Assembly: GCA_904063045.1 (NCBI GenBank)
Contig: CAJFCJ010000001.1
Coordinates: 3,348,001 to 3,412,000, forward strand
Source: Dimorphilus gyrociliatus
Taxonomy: Eukaryota; Animalia; Annelida
DNA length: 64,000 nucleotides
Direction: 5' to 3'
Notes under the pieces: model-generated
What the model was told of the DNA's origin: nothing
Seen by the model: the letters and a program-made list of their open reading frames with translations, nothing else
The model's database searches: none
Part shown: in pieces, positions 52,164 through 64,000 of the stretch
Layout: each line of letters starts with the position of its first letter
Numbering within the stretch: position 1 is the first letter of the stretch
Position numbers and translations under genes: made by a program

Positions 52164-53615
52164 TCACTCTACTGCAATGATTTTATCATAAACATCTTTA
52201 GGTAAAGATCTTAATTCTTTACGCTCCGAACAGGAAACTTTCAGATCAACATCGGCCCTCTCTACGCCCACTTCATCTAGTTTAGCCAACGTAGTATTTT
52301 CAAACATATCAACGTGTGGTAGTAAGTCAGTAGGGAAATTGTCCTCTAGTTCTTCCATTTTTATACCAATAAACCATATTCTACATTCATCGTCGATAGT
52401 CGAATCAAACGGATTTGGTAAGACTTGAAGAGTCTTAAGGAAATCCTCTTTTTCCAAATCTCTTGTTAATACTCTAATTTTGGATTCTATTACAGAGTAA
52501 GTTTTGCTTCTGTAGTTTTCGATGGTGTTACCAGTTATTACGATAAATTGCTCATATTTATCAAAGAAACGATACGGTTCAAAGAGAGCTGTCCAATCCC
52601 CATTCCTATCTACAATCTCTTTGCAAATAGTGAATCCTTTCTGAAATTCTTCGACAATTAGAGATTTCGTAGATCTAGTTATACGAAATGCCGAGTTGTT
52701 TCGAGGAAAAGATGGAGTCAGAATTGGCATTAAGGCATTTTTATCTCTCACCAATCTTGATACTCCAAAGTCGAAAATTTTTAAATTCTTCACATAGACG
52801 TTTTTGCCGATAAACTGTTTGATTTCAACTGGTTTAGGCCAACTCCATTCACGGTAAATGTTGAAAAATTGATAAATCAATTGAGAAGGTGAAGCTCTAG
52901 GAAACCTTTGACAAATGTAAACAACTAGAATTGTCCAAGAAGTTCCACCCATAATTCCAAGTCTTCTGCTATAAAAGCCTTTCTGCTTTGCCCATAATTT
53001 AATAGCCCTTAGAGCTATCTGGAAAGTTTGTCTATTCGGAATAATCTTTAAGATATCTTGAATAGTATGATAACCATTCAAACTAAAAGCAGTACGTGAA
53101 TCCATATTCCCATAAATATTTGGTTGATAAATATCGTTTTCACCGTTTAAATAAGAAACGTCCGGATTAGTAAAAGTTAAACCGACTTCAACATCAATGT
53201 ATAGAGCTTTGATAGTTATATTTCGAGCTATTTCTATTGGATGTATTTCTTTTACGTTTGGACATTGTTCAAGTTTTTTTGCAAAACTGTTCAGAAAATC
53301 ATCTATGCTTATGAAACTTGGAGCTATGAAGACTAGGTCTAAATTTGAGTCTTTTTCCATTACTTCCAAAACATAGGATCCTAATGGATAGATATATTGC
53401 GTTATACCATTAATTTTACTTTTTCTTTCCTCATTATCTTCCACCATTTCCATTATCCATTCCTTAGCTAAACATTTAATTTCATCAATTATGGTAGATC
53501 TTATCAATCTACTTTCGTCTATCGATTGATAACATTCTTTATTTGATAGAAAATCTTCTAAATTCTCCGATGTTTGCCTATCTCTTTCGTGTTCATACTT
53601 AATTTCACGAGACAT
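52164..53615 (-). CDS. Poly(A) polymerase-like protein 4 (intronless, about 483 aa; catalytic Asp substituted)
   Basis: LGSYVLE, SLNGY, ALRAIKLWAK, WSWPKPV and MPILTPSFPRNNS. The DxD site reads NLD and the third Asp position reads G. ATG at 53615 (the ORF track starts at an upstream GTG). Confidence 0.85.
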   Translation of the reverse strand: MSREIKYEHERDRQTSENLEDFLSNKECYQSIDESRLIRSTIIDEIKCLAKEWIMEMVEDNEERKSKINGITQYIYPLGSYVLEVMEKDSNLDLVFIAPSFISIDDFLNSFAKKLEQCPNVKEIHPIEIARNITIKALYIDVEVGLTFTNPDVSYLNGENDIYQPNIYGNMDSRTAFSLNGYHTIQDILKIIPNRQTFQIALRAIKLWAKQKGFYSRRLGIMGGTSWTILVVYICQRFPRASPSQLIYQFFNIYREWSWPKPVEIKQFIGKNVYVKNLKIFDFGVSRLVRDKNALMPILTPSFPRNNSAFRITRSTKSLIVEEFQKGFTICKEIVDRNGDWTALFEPYRFFDKYEQFIVITGNTIENYRSKTYSVIESKIRVLTRDLEKEDFLKTLQVLPNPFDSTIDDECRIWFIGIKMEELEDNFPTDLLPHVDMFENTTLAKLDEVGVERADVDLKVSCSERKELRSLPKDVYDKIIAVE

Positions 53616-54625
53616 CACGAATGGGAAAATTTCGATTGTATTGCAGAAGAATGAAAACCGGTTACCAACTAATTGTTTTGTTTATTAAAAGGAAGTTTTA
53701 GTTTTTTCCTACTATAATAAATGAGACGTTTAAGCTAAGGCTCTAAACAATATTTGAACAAACCTGAAAATGTAAATGTTCCGCTTTTATCGGGAGTCTA
53801 GAGAGTGTTATGCAAAATTAAACCCCAACTGATGTACTTGTATACTATGAGATTTACGACTCATTTTTAGTAAGACCCGCCTGTAGGTTGTAACCGGTTT
53901 GAATTTACGTTGCCAAGCTTCAGGGTGGGCGAAATTTTTATATGAATGCTCTAAAATGACATACACTCTTTCTATTATGGAATTTTTCTGATATTTCTAC
54001 TTTCAGATTCGATTTTTGGCTGTATCGCTACAACTGAAATATTTACTGCAGCCTTTTTATCGGCGATCTAAAACAGGTGTTGTGTTTAAAGCCTATCTAG
54101 TGTTGCAATATAATAGCCTATTACACAGTTCAATTATGCATAAAAAATGCTTGAATATTTAGCGATTTTGCAAAGTTGAACTTTTAATCTTGTAATGTTA
54201 ATCCCTTAATATTATGACTAAGAATATCCTCATTTCCATTATACTTTTCAACGTGATAAAACTATTGATAAAGTGGCCTATCCCGTCAATACTTGCGTTA
54301 TAACAAAGTAAGAAGAGAAAAACAAAGAAGAGAAGAAAGAGTACACTTTAAGGTTCTCTCTCTCTCTCTCTCTCTCTCTCTTTATATATACTGTATATTT
54401 GATATATAGAGGATTTGATTCAAGTTGGACAGTCAGGAAATAGTAGAGAGCTGTTGAAAAGAATTTCTTCTGCAATATAATTTGTATTGATTTTTCAGGT
54501 CACCTTTTATTTTATTGAAATGAATAGAATATACTCCTTACTATCCTTTCGCGGATCAATGGTTTTTCACTAAGTAATAACCATTCTTGTACCTTATAAC
54601 TGCGGTCTACTTACAAAACGAGAGA

Positions 54626-57600
54626 ATGGCGTTCGAAGTTAGGGATTCTGGTGATTTTTTATTAGACCTATTAAATCAGAAACTCATCGAAGATCAGTTA
54701 TTACTTCTCGGAGAACTTGGTATTCGTTATTCAAATGAAAACATTCAATATTTCTATCGCATTAGATATTTGGATAATCTCTTTCAAAAATGCTCTGATC
54801 TTGACCTTAATCAATACTTTTATGATTATTTCTCTTCTTTTCAATCAAAATGTAATGGCGAACGTGTAGAAGAGGTCTTTGAAGGAACCGAAAATGATAT
54901 TAAATTTTCGTATTTAGCAATATTCCTAAGTGATGAGGAAATAGAAAATTTATACTATAAACATTTATACAATTATGGAGAAGACGCTCCATTTCAACCG
55001 ATTGACGATGAAAGCGTTCATTGGTCACCCGTAAAAACAATGAAGATTTTAGAGAGATGGATGTTCGGTGAAGATATCCGTAATAAATTCGATTACAATG
55101 GTCTCATCAAGCTTTTTATTAAAAAGTTCAATTCTATTGAACAAAGGTTAATATTGGTTTCTTTTCTTCTCTTCTTCAATAACCAAAAAAACAACAATCA
55201 ATCAAAACTAAACTAGTTGTTTTTTCTCTTTTATCCTCAATAGGAAACTTGCTTGTTTGGATGCAAAACTAAATGAAAGATGCGGTTAGTATCTATTCAT
55301 TTATCGTTGTTTTATCTCTATTAATTCAATGATATCTTCTTCTTCTTCTTCTTCTTGTAAAGAATTGAACAAATTTATTACGGATTTAAAAAACAAGTAC
55401 ACTTCCGCCTACTACGATCTGCCAATTTTAACGAATAAACATCCAAAGACAAAGAAAAAGGCCTATCAGATTCAAACTGAAATTTTGTGGAAAATTCAAA
55501 AAAATGATTTCAACAAAAATAATGAACTTGAAATTTGGTCAAATTTTCAAAGTTTAATTAATAATTATGAACATTTCATTACGAAGAAAACTGGTAGAGT
55601 CTTAATGGAAGGACAAATTGGTTCTGGTAAAAGTTTATACGTTCATTATATGATGAATATGTGGGCGAAAGGAACTGTGTTGAAAGATATCGATTTGTGC
55701 TTATACTTTGATTTCAGTCGGATTGATTCAAACCAAACATTAGAGAGATTATTTATTCAGCAAACATTCCCAGAATTTTCAAGGGAGCAACAAGATTTCT
55801 ACTCTACTCTTCTTCAACGTTTTATACGCAAATCACCTTCAAAAGTCCTATTACTTTTCGATCAGCTTGACCATTATTATTTCAATAATCACCAATTAAA
55901 CGAAATACTAGAAGAAAAATCCCGAACTCCCATCATAACATGGTGTAGAAATGTTAAGGCAAAGGATATAAAAGATACTTATCATTGTGTTATTGAATTA
56001 TTAGGTTTCAATCTGTTACAATTTACGATCTATTTACAGAAATGTTTCAATGAACTTGAAATTATTGATATTGAATCATCTTACGAACATTTTAAAAATT
56101 CCTTTGGCTTGGCAAAATTATCGAAAGAATATCTAAGGAGTTTGACAGATGAAGTTGAACAATTTCAATTATTTAGATGTTCATGTTTGTCAACTCTACA
56201 AAATCTCTCCATTATAGTATTTAAACAAATACCTCAAAGTCTTGAACATCAATTTGGCCGTTACGATTTAATGGAAGAAAGAAATTCTCCTCTATTTATG
56301 GCATTAACCTCCTTGTATTGTTTGCGTGAGGAAGAGGATGATAATTGTCGATTTAAGACCGATTTTGGATTATATCAATATTATATTCAAAGTTCATCTA
56401 CAAGATTTAAGGAAATACTCGAAAACAAAGTTGGAAGGTTGTTAATCAATGATTTGAACGGAATAGACTTAAATTTCAATGATAATCTATCAATTGAAGT
56501 CATTAAAGAATTCTGTTCTTATACAAATAATCTTGTTTACTATTCTCAAGTTTTCAACACGAGAACTAATACAGAAAGAATTGTTATTGAATTCCTTCAT
56601 CCAACAGTTAAAGAGTATTTATTGGCTTTATACATTACTCAAATATTTCAAAAAGACAACCAATCTTTTAATATACTAATTGCAGATGGATATAAATTTC
56701 ATAATTTATCAAAAATGTGGAAGATTTTCCAATATATCGGTGGAATTGATGAAGAATGTTTAAAAGTTATATTATATAATATTGAAAAAGAGTTTTTCGA
56801 AGGAGTAAACAACGTTCACGAAGAGACTTTTAATCGTTTTAATACACTTGTAAAAGGTTCTCTATGTCGTATCAACGATGAAATATGGAAAAGATTCTTC
56901 TATTCAATCCTAAATTATACTGCAAAAATCAATTTAAAATCTATTTTAAGCTCTTTTAATTCAACGTTTAACGATATTATCTTGAGAATTCCTACCGATG
57001 TTCAATTGTATTTCAACGATCAGGAAGATGAGTTGATTTTTGATGGAATAGGAAATTTACTTATTCAAACTGGTGGCTTGAATAATCATCAATTAGAACT
57101 TTTAATGAAATGTAAACATTTGAAATGTATTAAAATTATTGATGTTCAAGTTGATAATGTTGCTTTATACGAATTGAAAGAGAATTCATTGAAAACACTC
57201 GAGAAATTGGTCATTGGACAAACTATCATAGATTGGAAAATATTATCATCCGTTGGTACGTTCCTTTCTTTTATCTTATCTTAATTAAATCTCTAAAGTA
57301 ATATTTATTACGCAGACGGAGATTTACTCTTATCGGATCTTCATTTATGCAAACTATTACTTACCGATAATACAATGAATTTTATATCTAAAGCCATTCA
57401 TTTACAACATTTAACAATTCATCCATCGTCAGATTATACTCAAAACGCTTTGACTATAGAACTACTTTATACACTTGCTACTGTGAACACATCATTGAAA
57501 TCTCTTTCTTTATTTGGACTAGATGTTGAATCTCAGCATCATCTCTATGACAACTTTTTCTTTTCAATGCAATCGTTCAAAGAGCTAGTTGATTGTCATT

Positions 57601-59223
57601 TTACTTTAGTAGATTTAGGTTGTGTTGCGGATGAATTTTTTAAAGCCTTATCTCTTGGACCAAGGAATACTTTACGTAGTTTAATATTAAATAGATGCAG
57701 ACTACGGCCAAAGGACGAAAAAGAAATAGAGATTTATATCAAAAGATTTGTTAATCTTCAATTTTTTTCAACTTCAAATGCTCTGTCGTTTGATAAACAA
57801 TATAAAGCAGACGATAGCCCAGTTACAAGTATAGATGATGGTGAAGTATTCTTACAAGTTGGAATAGGAAGACAACATTCTCAAACTCCTAAAGTTGACA
57901 ATACTTTACAATGTATAGAAGTAGAAGATGTGATTAAGGAACAAAGTACCATAGATTTGTCTAGCATCGATTGTTTAATGAACAGTTCACAGTCGAAAAG
58001 TAAGAGAGATGGAAAATTTTAACAGATATTTCATTTTTCTATACGAATTCATTATGTATATCGTTTCTAATTTTTGATTTAGGTTTGCTAGGGGATTGTT
58101 CCGATTCCAATGTTGATAATATTATCCTTCCTCCTCAACCTCCTCCTCCTCCATCTACTTCTTTGACGCCTTCTTCTCCTGTTGCTTCTTGCTCTTTTCC
58201 AAACTCAACAGTTTCCATTTACCTATCGGAGATTATAGAGAATTTTGAAATAGAAAAGACAGCAGAGAACTTGAATGAAATATGTAATTTGGATAGGCTT
58301 CAACCGGTACCAGTCATGAAATTGTTCCCAATTCTGGAAGATTTTCTGAAGTATTTCCAGCCAGTATTTGTATTACACTTTAGTGAAGACGATGTAAAAA
58401 CTCTATACTTCGAATTCATGAAACAATCCAATAAGCATAAAATACCAAAGATACTTTTTCGACTAACCGTTTTGAACAATTGGAAAAGAAATAGCCAAGA
58501 TGAAGTTGAACGCTTTTCATCATATTTTATATTGTTCTTCACTATAGAACTTAGATTTGAACTATTATATGATTATTCCGACCATGAATCTCTATTTAAC
58601 GCTTTTGAGAGGATAATTGAATTGAATATTGTATAGTTTTTTCATTTTTAATTCATTTCATTTAGTTCGTTAGCTTAATTCATTTGTAAATTATTCTACA
58701 GGAGAACTCTATGGTCTGCGAATTTTTATTGGATATTCTATATTCCTTGGCTAAAGTAAAGGAAGAGCTAAGAGAAACTATTGTCGATTTGTTTAACAAA
58801 TTGAACGAAACGGAAAATATTGATACTAGTTTGAAAAACTATTTGAAAAACACTTTAGAAGATATGAACACAGGATTTTTAATAAAAGAAATGTTTCTTG
58901 AACAATTTCATCAAATTCTCAAAATTCAGAATAATAAAGTACTTTATGAATTTCTTAAAGGTTTATTCATTTTCATTATCGTTTACAAGAAATATATTAA
59001 TACTTTTCGTTCAATAGATAACTTATCTCTATTAGATTTTCAAAGAAATCGAGATAAATCTATGGTAGCAGCTTTCTCCAAAGGTTTTCATATACTTATA
59101 CAAAATGAAAGAGACCGTGATTCAATGATGCCAAGTTTGTTAATATTCTTTATTTAGCTATTGTTCAATAATATTTGTCGATATTTTGTAGCTTTTCAAA
59201 AATATATGGGATATCTACTTTAA
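54626..59223 (+). CDS. NLR-like protein: putative N-terminal death-fold region, NACHT NTPase, LRR-like region, Pro-rich linker and additional C-terminal helical/death-fold-like region (multi-exon; 3' end approximate)
   Basis: Walker A VLMEGQIGSGKS, Walker B-like LLLFDQLDH, winged-helix motif EFLHPTVKEYLLALYI, LRR-like repeats (LQHLTIH, LKSLSLFGL, LRSLILNRCRL). In-frame splice junctions link ORFs 54587-55216, 55329-57284, 57375-58022, 58085-58636 and 58711-59157. Confidence 0.7.
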
Positions 59224-59496
59224 CATTCGTCAAATACGGCTCAACTTGAACACTACTCTACAATGACGTTATATTTAGTTGTTTGAATACAATCATATAT
59301 TAGAAATGTGGAACGTCTGCTCTTAGTGTTTATAGGAAAATAAAAAGGAGAGATATTCGTATTTCATATAATTATGAATAGTCTTTTTGAATTAATGGGA
59401 GAAAGCTTTTAATTGAAATTGATAGTTCCTTATTAAATATAAGGAAAAGCTTATGAACACTTTACAAAATCTTGATATCATAGTTCTGTCTTGAAT

Positions 59497-62400
59497 ATGG
59501 ATCTATTTCAACTGTTTCTTTTAATATTTTCAATAATTTCTCTATTCATATTCAATCAAAGTGAAAAATGCAAATTTAAAGGAAATTTTGTTAATGATTC
59601 TCTTGATGATAAAATATATATTGATAAAATATTAATAAGAGATAACAATTCAATAACTGGTACAATTGTTGTAAGACAATTCAATCTTTCAACTATCCCA
59701 TATCATTTGTTTATGAATTATGGCCGTTTTAATAATTTAGCTTCAATTGGAATGTTCGCTTGTAAAAATTCAGGATTCGATGATTTTTATCATCAGTTAT
59801 TAACTTGTCCAAATTACGCAAGTAAGTATGAGAATTGAACAATAGAAGATTCATAAATTCATATTCTGATCCCTATCTTGTCTACTGTATAAGCTAAGAA
59901 TAGTTTGAATGTGAGATGTTTTAATAAAATGAATATTCAATCTTGCGAATGGTAAAATTTGATTTAAATTGAATAAATATCTATAATCTTTCAATCTTTA
60001 TCTTATAAAGGAAAATCAATATTTGTCAACAATTGCCGGAAATCAATGATATATTATGCGTTAGATGTTTCAAGGTAGAAATACCATGTAAATTGAACAA
60101 ATTCCTTCTTTTCTTATAAATAAACAACGAATAATTCATCATTTTCAATCATTTTATAGTTTTATTTAGTGATTTTGGAGAAGGTAGACACTTTAACAAT
60201 AATGTTATATATACTAGATTTCGTATGAAATCTTACTACTACTGTCCCAATTCTCAAATTGATAACATTTGTAAAGACATTTTCTATATAAAGAAAGAGA
60301 TATTTCCAAATTTTCCACCAACAAACATCTCTGGCTGGTTTATTGATGTTAATAAAATAGATTTTGTTGAAACTGATACTAAATTGAATATTCAATGTTT
60401 ACAAATCAACTGTTCAAGCTATAAAACTGTATTTAAAATTAAACTATTAGATTCAAAACTCTATTCTAACAGCTTTAAAGTGGATAATTACGTAAAAATA
60501 TTCCCTTGTTTCCATAGTGAAAAGTACGGATTTAGCCATATGAAAATAACCTATAAGACAGACAGTAGAACGTTTTTGGACGTAATGTGTAAGCGACTGT
60601 CAATGAAACTCTTTCCAAGAACTTTTGGTACATGTTCTTCTCCAAGAATGCAAAATTACTTTGAAGACAATGAAGGCGAAATGGTCCTTTCTTCTAAACT
60701 GGGTAGTAAAACACTTGCAGATTACACCTACGTAACAACTAAATATTATCAGAATGTTTGTAGTTTTTATTGTAAAAAGGATGATCCGTTTTTGGGTTTG
60801 CAATAAAAATATATACTTTACTCGATCACATTGAAAAAACTCTTTTCTTCAGAAAAGGACTTTCGTCTTAATATTGGCATTTATAATAGAGAATACGTAT
60901 ATCCTTTTGATAAAAATCTGCCAGAAAAGGCTACAGGGAGTCTGCAATATTATTCGTACAGTTGGCTTTATGTTAATTATCCATTTTTAGATAGAACCCA
61001 CAGGAAGGTGATTAAGTTTTATGAATGTTTGAATCTGTTCATTCTCACTCCCACTCTTTCTTTCTGTCTTTCTTTCTGTCTTATAATAATATATAAGATA
61101 AATACTATATATTTAATAGTTAATCTGTAAATATTTTGGATTCGAAGACGAAGAAATACAAGCTTCAAAAAATAAAAGATACGCTAATAGCCAGACAACT
61201 TTCGCCATGACTTGTTCAAAGAATGAAACAACTCTTCAAAATTGTTCATTTGCTTCTTATTCAGCTACAATTCTTGCGCTAACAAGAGAGGTTATATGCT
61301 TAAAGAACCGAAAAATTCGTACAAATAGTAATAATACTAATACAACTATAATATATATACTTTAATCGTTAAATATATTAAGAATATTGTAAAAGATTGC
61401 AGAGGAAAAGACTTTTTCTATATAAATAACAAATGTATTCATAGAAGAGTTTCAAAGGTAAAATTATCTCATCATCAATCAAGAGAATATTGCAAAAAAC
61501 AAAATTTAACGTTATTTAATGTATTTGATGAAAATGATCTCTTCCTTATCGCCATACTCATTTTTCATTCGGAATATGAAAGGAATTTTATGAAAAATTC
61601 AAAGTTAGTCGTATTAACTTGACGTTGATGTCTTTTCTATCAATTTTATTAAAATTACAGAACTGTGATGGATAATTTCCTGCTTGGAATTCGAACTTCT
61701 ATACCAATTTGTAAGCTTTCTATATATATATATATGTATATACTATATATATATACAGTATTTGTTCATTTAAAGACTCTGAAAAAACTATCAGTTCATC
61801 TTTTAATACATATTTGACAACCTATGATAAAATTCCTTTTAATATTATTGGATTATGGACAATTCATCATTTAACGTATTTTATTCTACATTTAATAATC
61901 TTTAATAACTCATCTTCTTCTACCTCTTCTTCTCTTTAGCGTTGCAAAAGTTGAGCATATAGGTTGTCAGAGTCTCCTCGATTCAATGTTTAAGCATGTA
62001 ACATCTTGGTCCTATGGTGAAGAATGCCTCAGTATTAGTCCGGAAGGTTTTAGGTCTGTCAATTGTGAACATCTTTATTATACTATCATTTTATGCGAAG
62101 CAAGATCTTGTACGTTATTAACAGCTGATATTTGCTATCAACCTCATTTAACATTTATCTTTCAAAGACAGCGATAATATTATAGAGACTGTACAAAGCA
62201 ATTATTCAACAAACCCCTATAGATCTTTTGATAGAATGAATAAAAATGGCGATACTTGTCCTTTTCGTACTTTTACTTGCCTTCCAGAAGAAATTTGTAT
62301 TAGCGAACTAGAAGTATGCGACGGTATTAAGGATTGTTTAAATGGTTATGACGAATTAAACTGTCCTACTAATTCGGTTATGTTTACCTGCGATTCTGGA

Positions 62401-64000
62401 GAAGCTATTCAATTAAATCTAGTTTGTAATTACTTACAAGAATGTTCGGATGGAAGTGATGAGTCTCGATGCGGTACGAATATAATGTATTGTATGAATT
62501 TATAACTACCGTTCTCTCTCTTTTTTCGTATTAATTCTAAACTGAACAGAGAGGCAATGCGATAACAGAACTCAGTTAAGATAAACAAACTTTCAGTCCC
62601 TTATAGCCTATCTCATACCTACTAATATTTAGATTTCAATGTATAACAAGTGGACGATGTATTGATAAGAATAAATACTGCAATAGAGAAAAAACTGCAT
62701 TGATTCATCTGATGAAAATTGTCGAGGTAGATAATATTTTTTAGATCATTCTTTTATCTTTTCTCACTCTATCATTTGAAGCTGATTGCGAAACATTCTT
62801 CTGCCAAAATCGTTGTCTAAGGGAAGAAGATTTGTGCGATTTCAACTTGCATTGTACCGAATCGGCTGCCGATGAACAACCCGAATACTGTATTGGTGAT
62901 ATTCATTTTAATACTCGAAGAATAGTGTATTTCATTTTAATTTCTTCCTCTTCTTCTTCTTCTTCTTCTTTTGCACTTAACCATATTTACATAATTAATA
63001 CTTCCTAGACTTGCTGATTTTTCAAAAGAATGTAGGAGCAAGATAGTTTTAAAACTATTGTCTAAATCTTCAAGAAATACAACTAAATGTAGAATAGTTT
63101 ATGATTCAATGAACAATTTACAAACTAGACCTCAGTTTCCGTTCTTCGATTTGAACTCTTGTGAAAATTGGCGATGTAATCCTGAAGAATATCAGTGTTA
63201 CTCGACTAAATACTGTATACATATCAAGAATATTTGCGATGGTATAAACCATTGTAAATACGGCGATGATGAAATCAATTGCGGTTTATTATTTCCTTTT
63301 TGTTTCTTATTTATTAAATGGAAATAATGTTTTGTTTGTTTCTTTAAAAAGAAAAATTTTATCCAATCGGACATTTCAAGTGTAAATACGAAAGAACGTA
63401 TATATACTTAAGAGAAATTTGTGATGGATATATAAATTGTCAATCCGGAAATGACGAAATGTTTTGCTTCAATTTTTCAAGTAAATTTTGTCCATTTTAT
63501 TGTAAATGTTCAATCAATACGGATATCTATTGTAATCTAACCGAATTGTTGAATATTCATACAATTTATTTGGATAAACCATTGAAAAGATTATCTATAA
63601 GAAATCTTAATGATTATCATAATATTTCGCTTACTTATTCAGCGGAATTAACGTATTTAAACCTAAGCTTTGGTCTTATTACTTCTCTTCCTCATATTTC
63701 TACTCCAAACGTTATTTGCGCTGATTTTAGCAATAATAGGTTGTCTTTTATCGAAAGAGAAACAATGCACTATTGGCCTATTCTACAATATTTGGATCTT
63801 AGTAGAAATCCTATAGGTTCCTTATCAAACCGTAGTTTTGAAAGACAAAATGAATTATTATACTTGGATTTATCAACAACAAATTTAACTTATTTAAATA
63901 GTTTTACATTTAAAGGTTTAACTAAATTGAATAAATTATTATTCGTCGATTGCCATTTTGAATTTATTCATGAAAATATCTTTATGGAAACGAACAAAAT
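59497..64000 (+). CDS. 5' part of a multidomain receptor (signal peptide, possible SRCR/C-type-lectin-like segments, multiple LDLa repeats, LRRNT and LRRs); GRL101/LGR-like, truncated by window end
   Basis: Hydrophobic N-terminus MDLFQLFLLIFSIISLFIF. LDLa repeats (CDGIKDCLNGYDELNC, CSDGSDESRC, CDGINHCKYGDDEINC, CDGYINCQSGNDEMFC). LRRNT CPFYCKC and LRRs (LTYLNLSFG, LQYLDLSRNPI, LLYLDLSTTNL) in 63345-64000. Linkage of 59497-61300 to the LDLa exons is inferred; a 7TM domain is not visible in the window. Confidence 0.6.

Noticed and set aside
46041-57284. Prokaryotic CBASS/Avs-type defence operon (nucleotidyltransferases next to a NACHT NTPase)
   Set aside because: The nucleotidyltransferases carry eukaryotic canonical PAP motifs, the NACHT gene is spliced and on the opposite strand, and there is no operon structure.
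1-64000. CRISPR array, rRNA or tRNA genes
   Set aside because: No regularly spaced repeat-spacer units or recognisable structural RNA sequences were seen.

Overview
This is AT-rich eukaryotic (metazoan) genomic DNA in the standard genetic code, with many 55-95 bp GT-AG introns. The domain content (rhodopsin-class GPCR, NACHT-LRR protein, LDLa+LRR receptor) suggests a compact invertebrate, probably spiralian, genome; the organism is not verified. About 1-45.6 kb is an array of paralogues of one very large gene (about 1,700-1,790 aa). Each encodes a signal peptide, dozens of furin-like CxxC repeats, a C-terminal Ly6/uPAR (three-finger) domain and a GPI-anchor-type tail. Copy A is partial (+); copies B (-), E (+) and F (+) are intact. 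Copy C (-) is destroyed by nested Mutator-like, Tc1 and mariner transposons, copy D (-) is disabled by a deletion and a nonsense codon, and there is a small relic of B. The copies have near-identical ends, a strongly diverged core and mosaic ancestry, which resembles protist variant-surface-protein arrays. A GPCR gene separates F from the rest. From 46.0 to 53.6 kb lie four tandem, intronless, open-reading-frame poly(A) polymerase paralogues, each lacking two of the three catalytic aspartates (apparent pseudo-enzymes). These are followed by an NLR-like gene (death-fold/NACHT/LRR plus an extra C-terminal region) and the 5' part of an LDLa/LRR (GRL101-like) receptor gene that runs off the window. 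Exon coordinates were read by eye from splice signals and reading frame, and no database searches were run.
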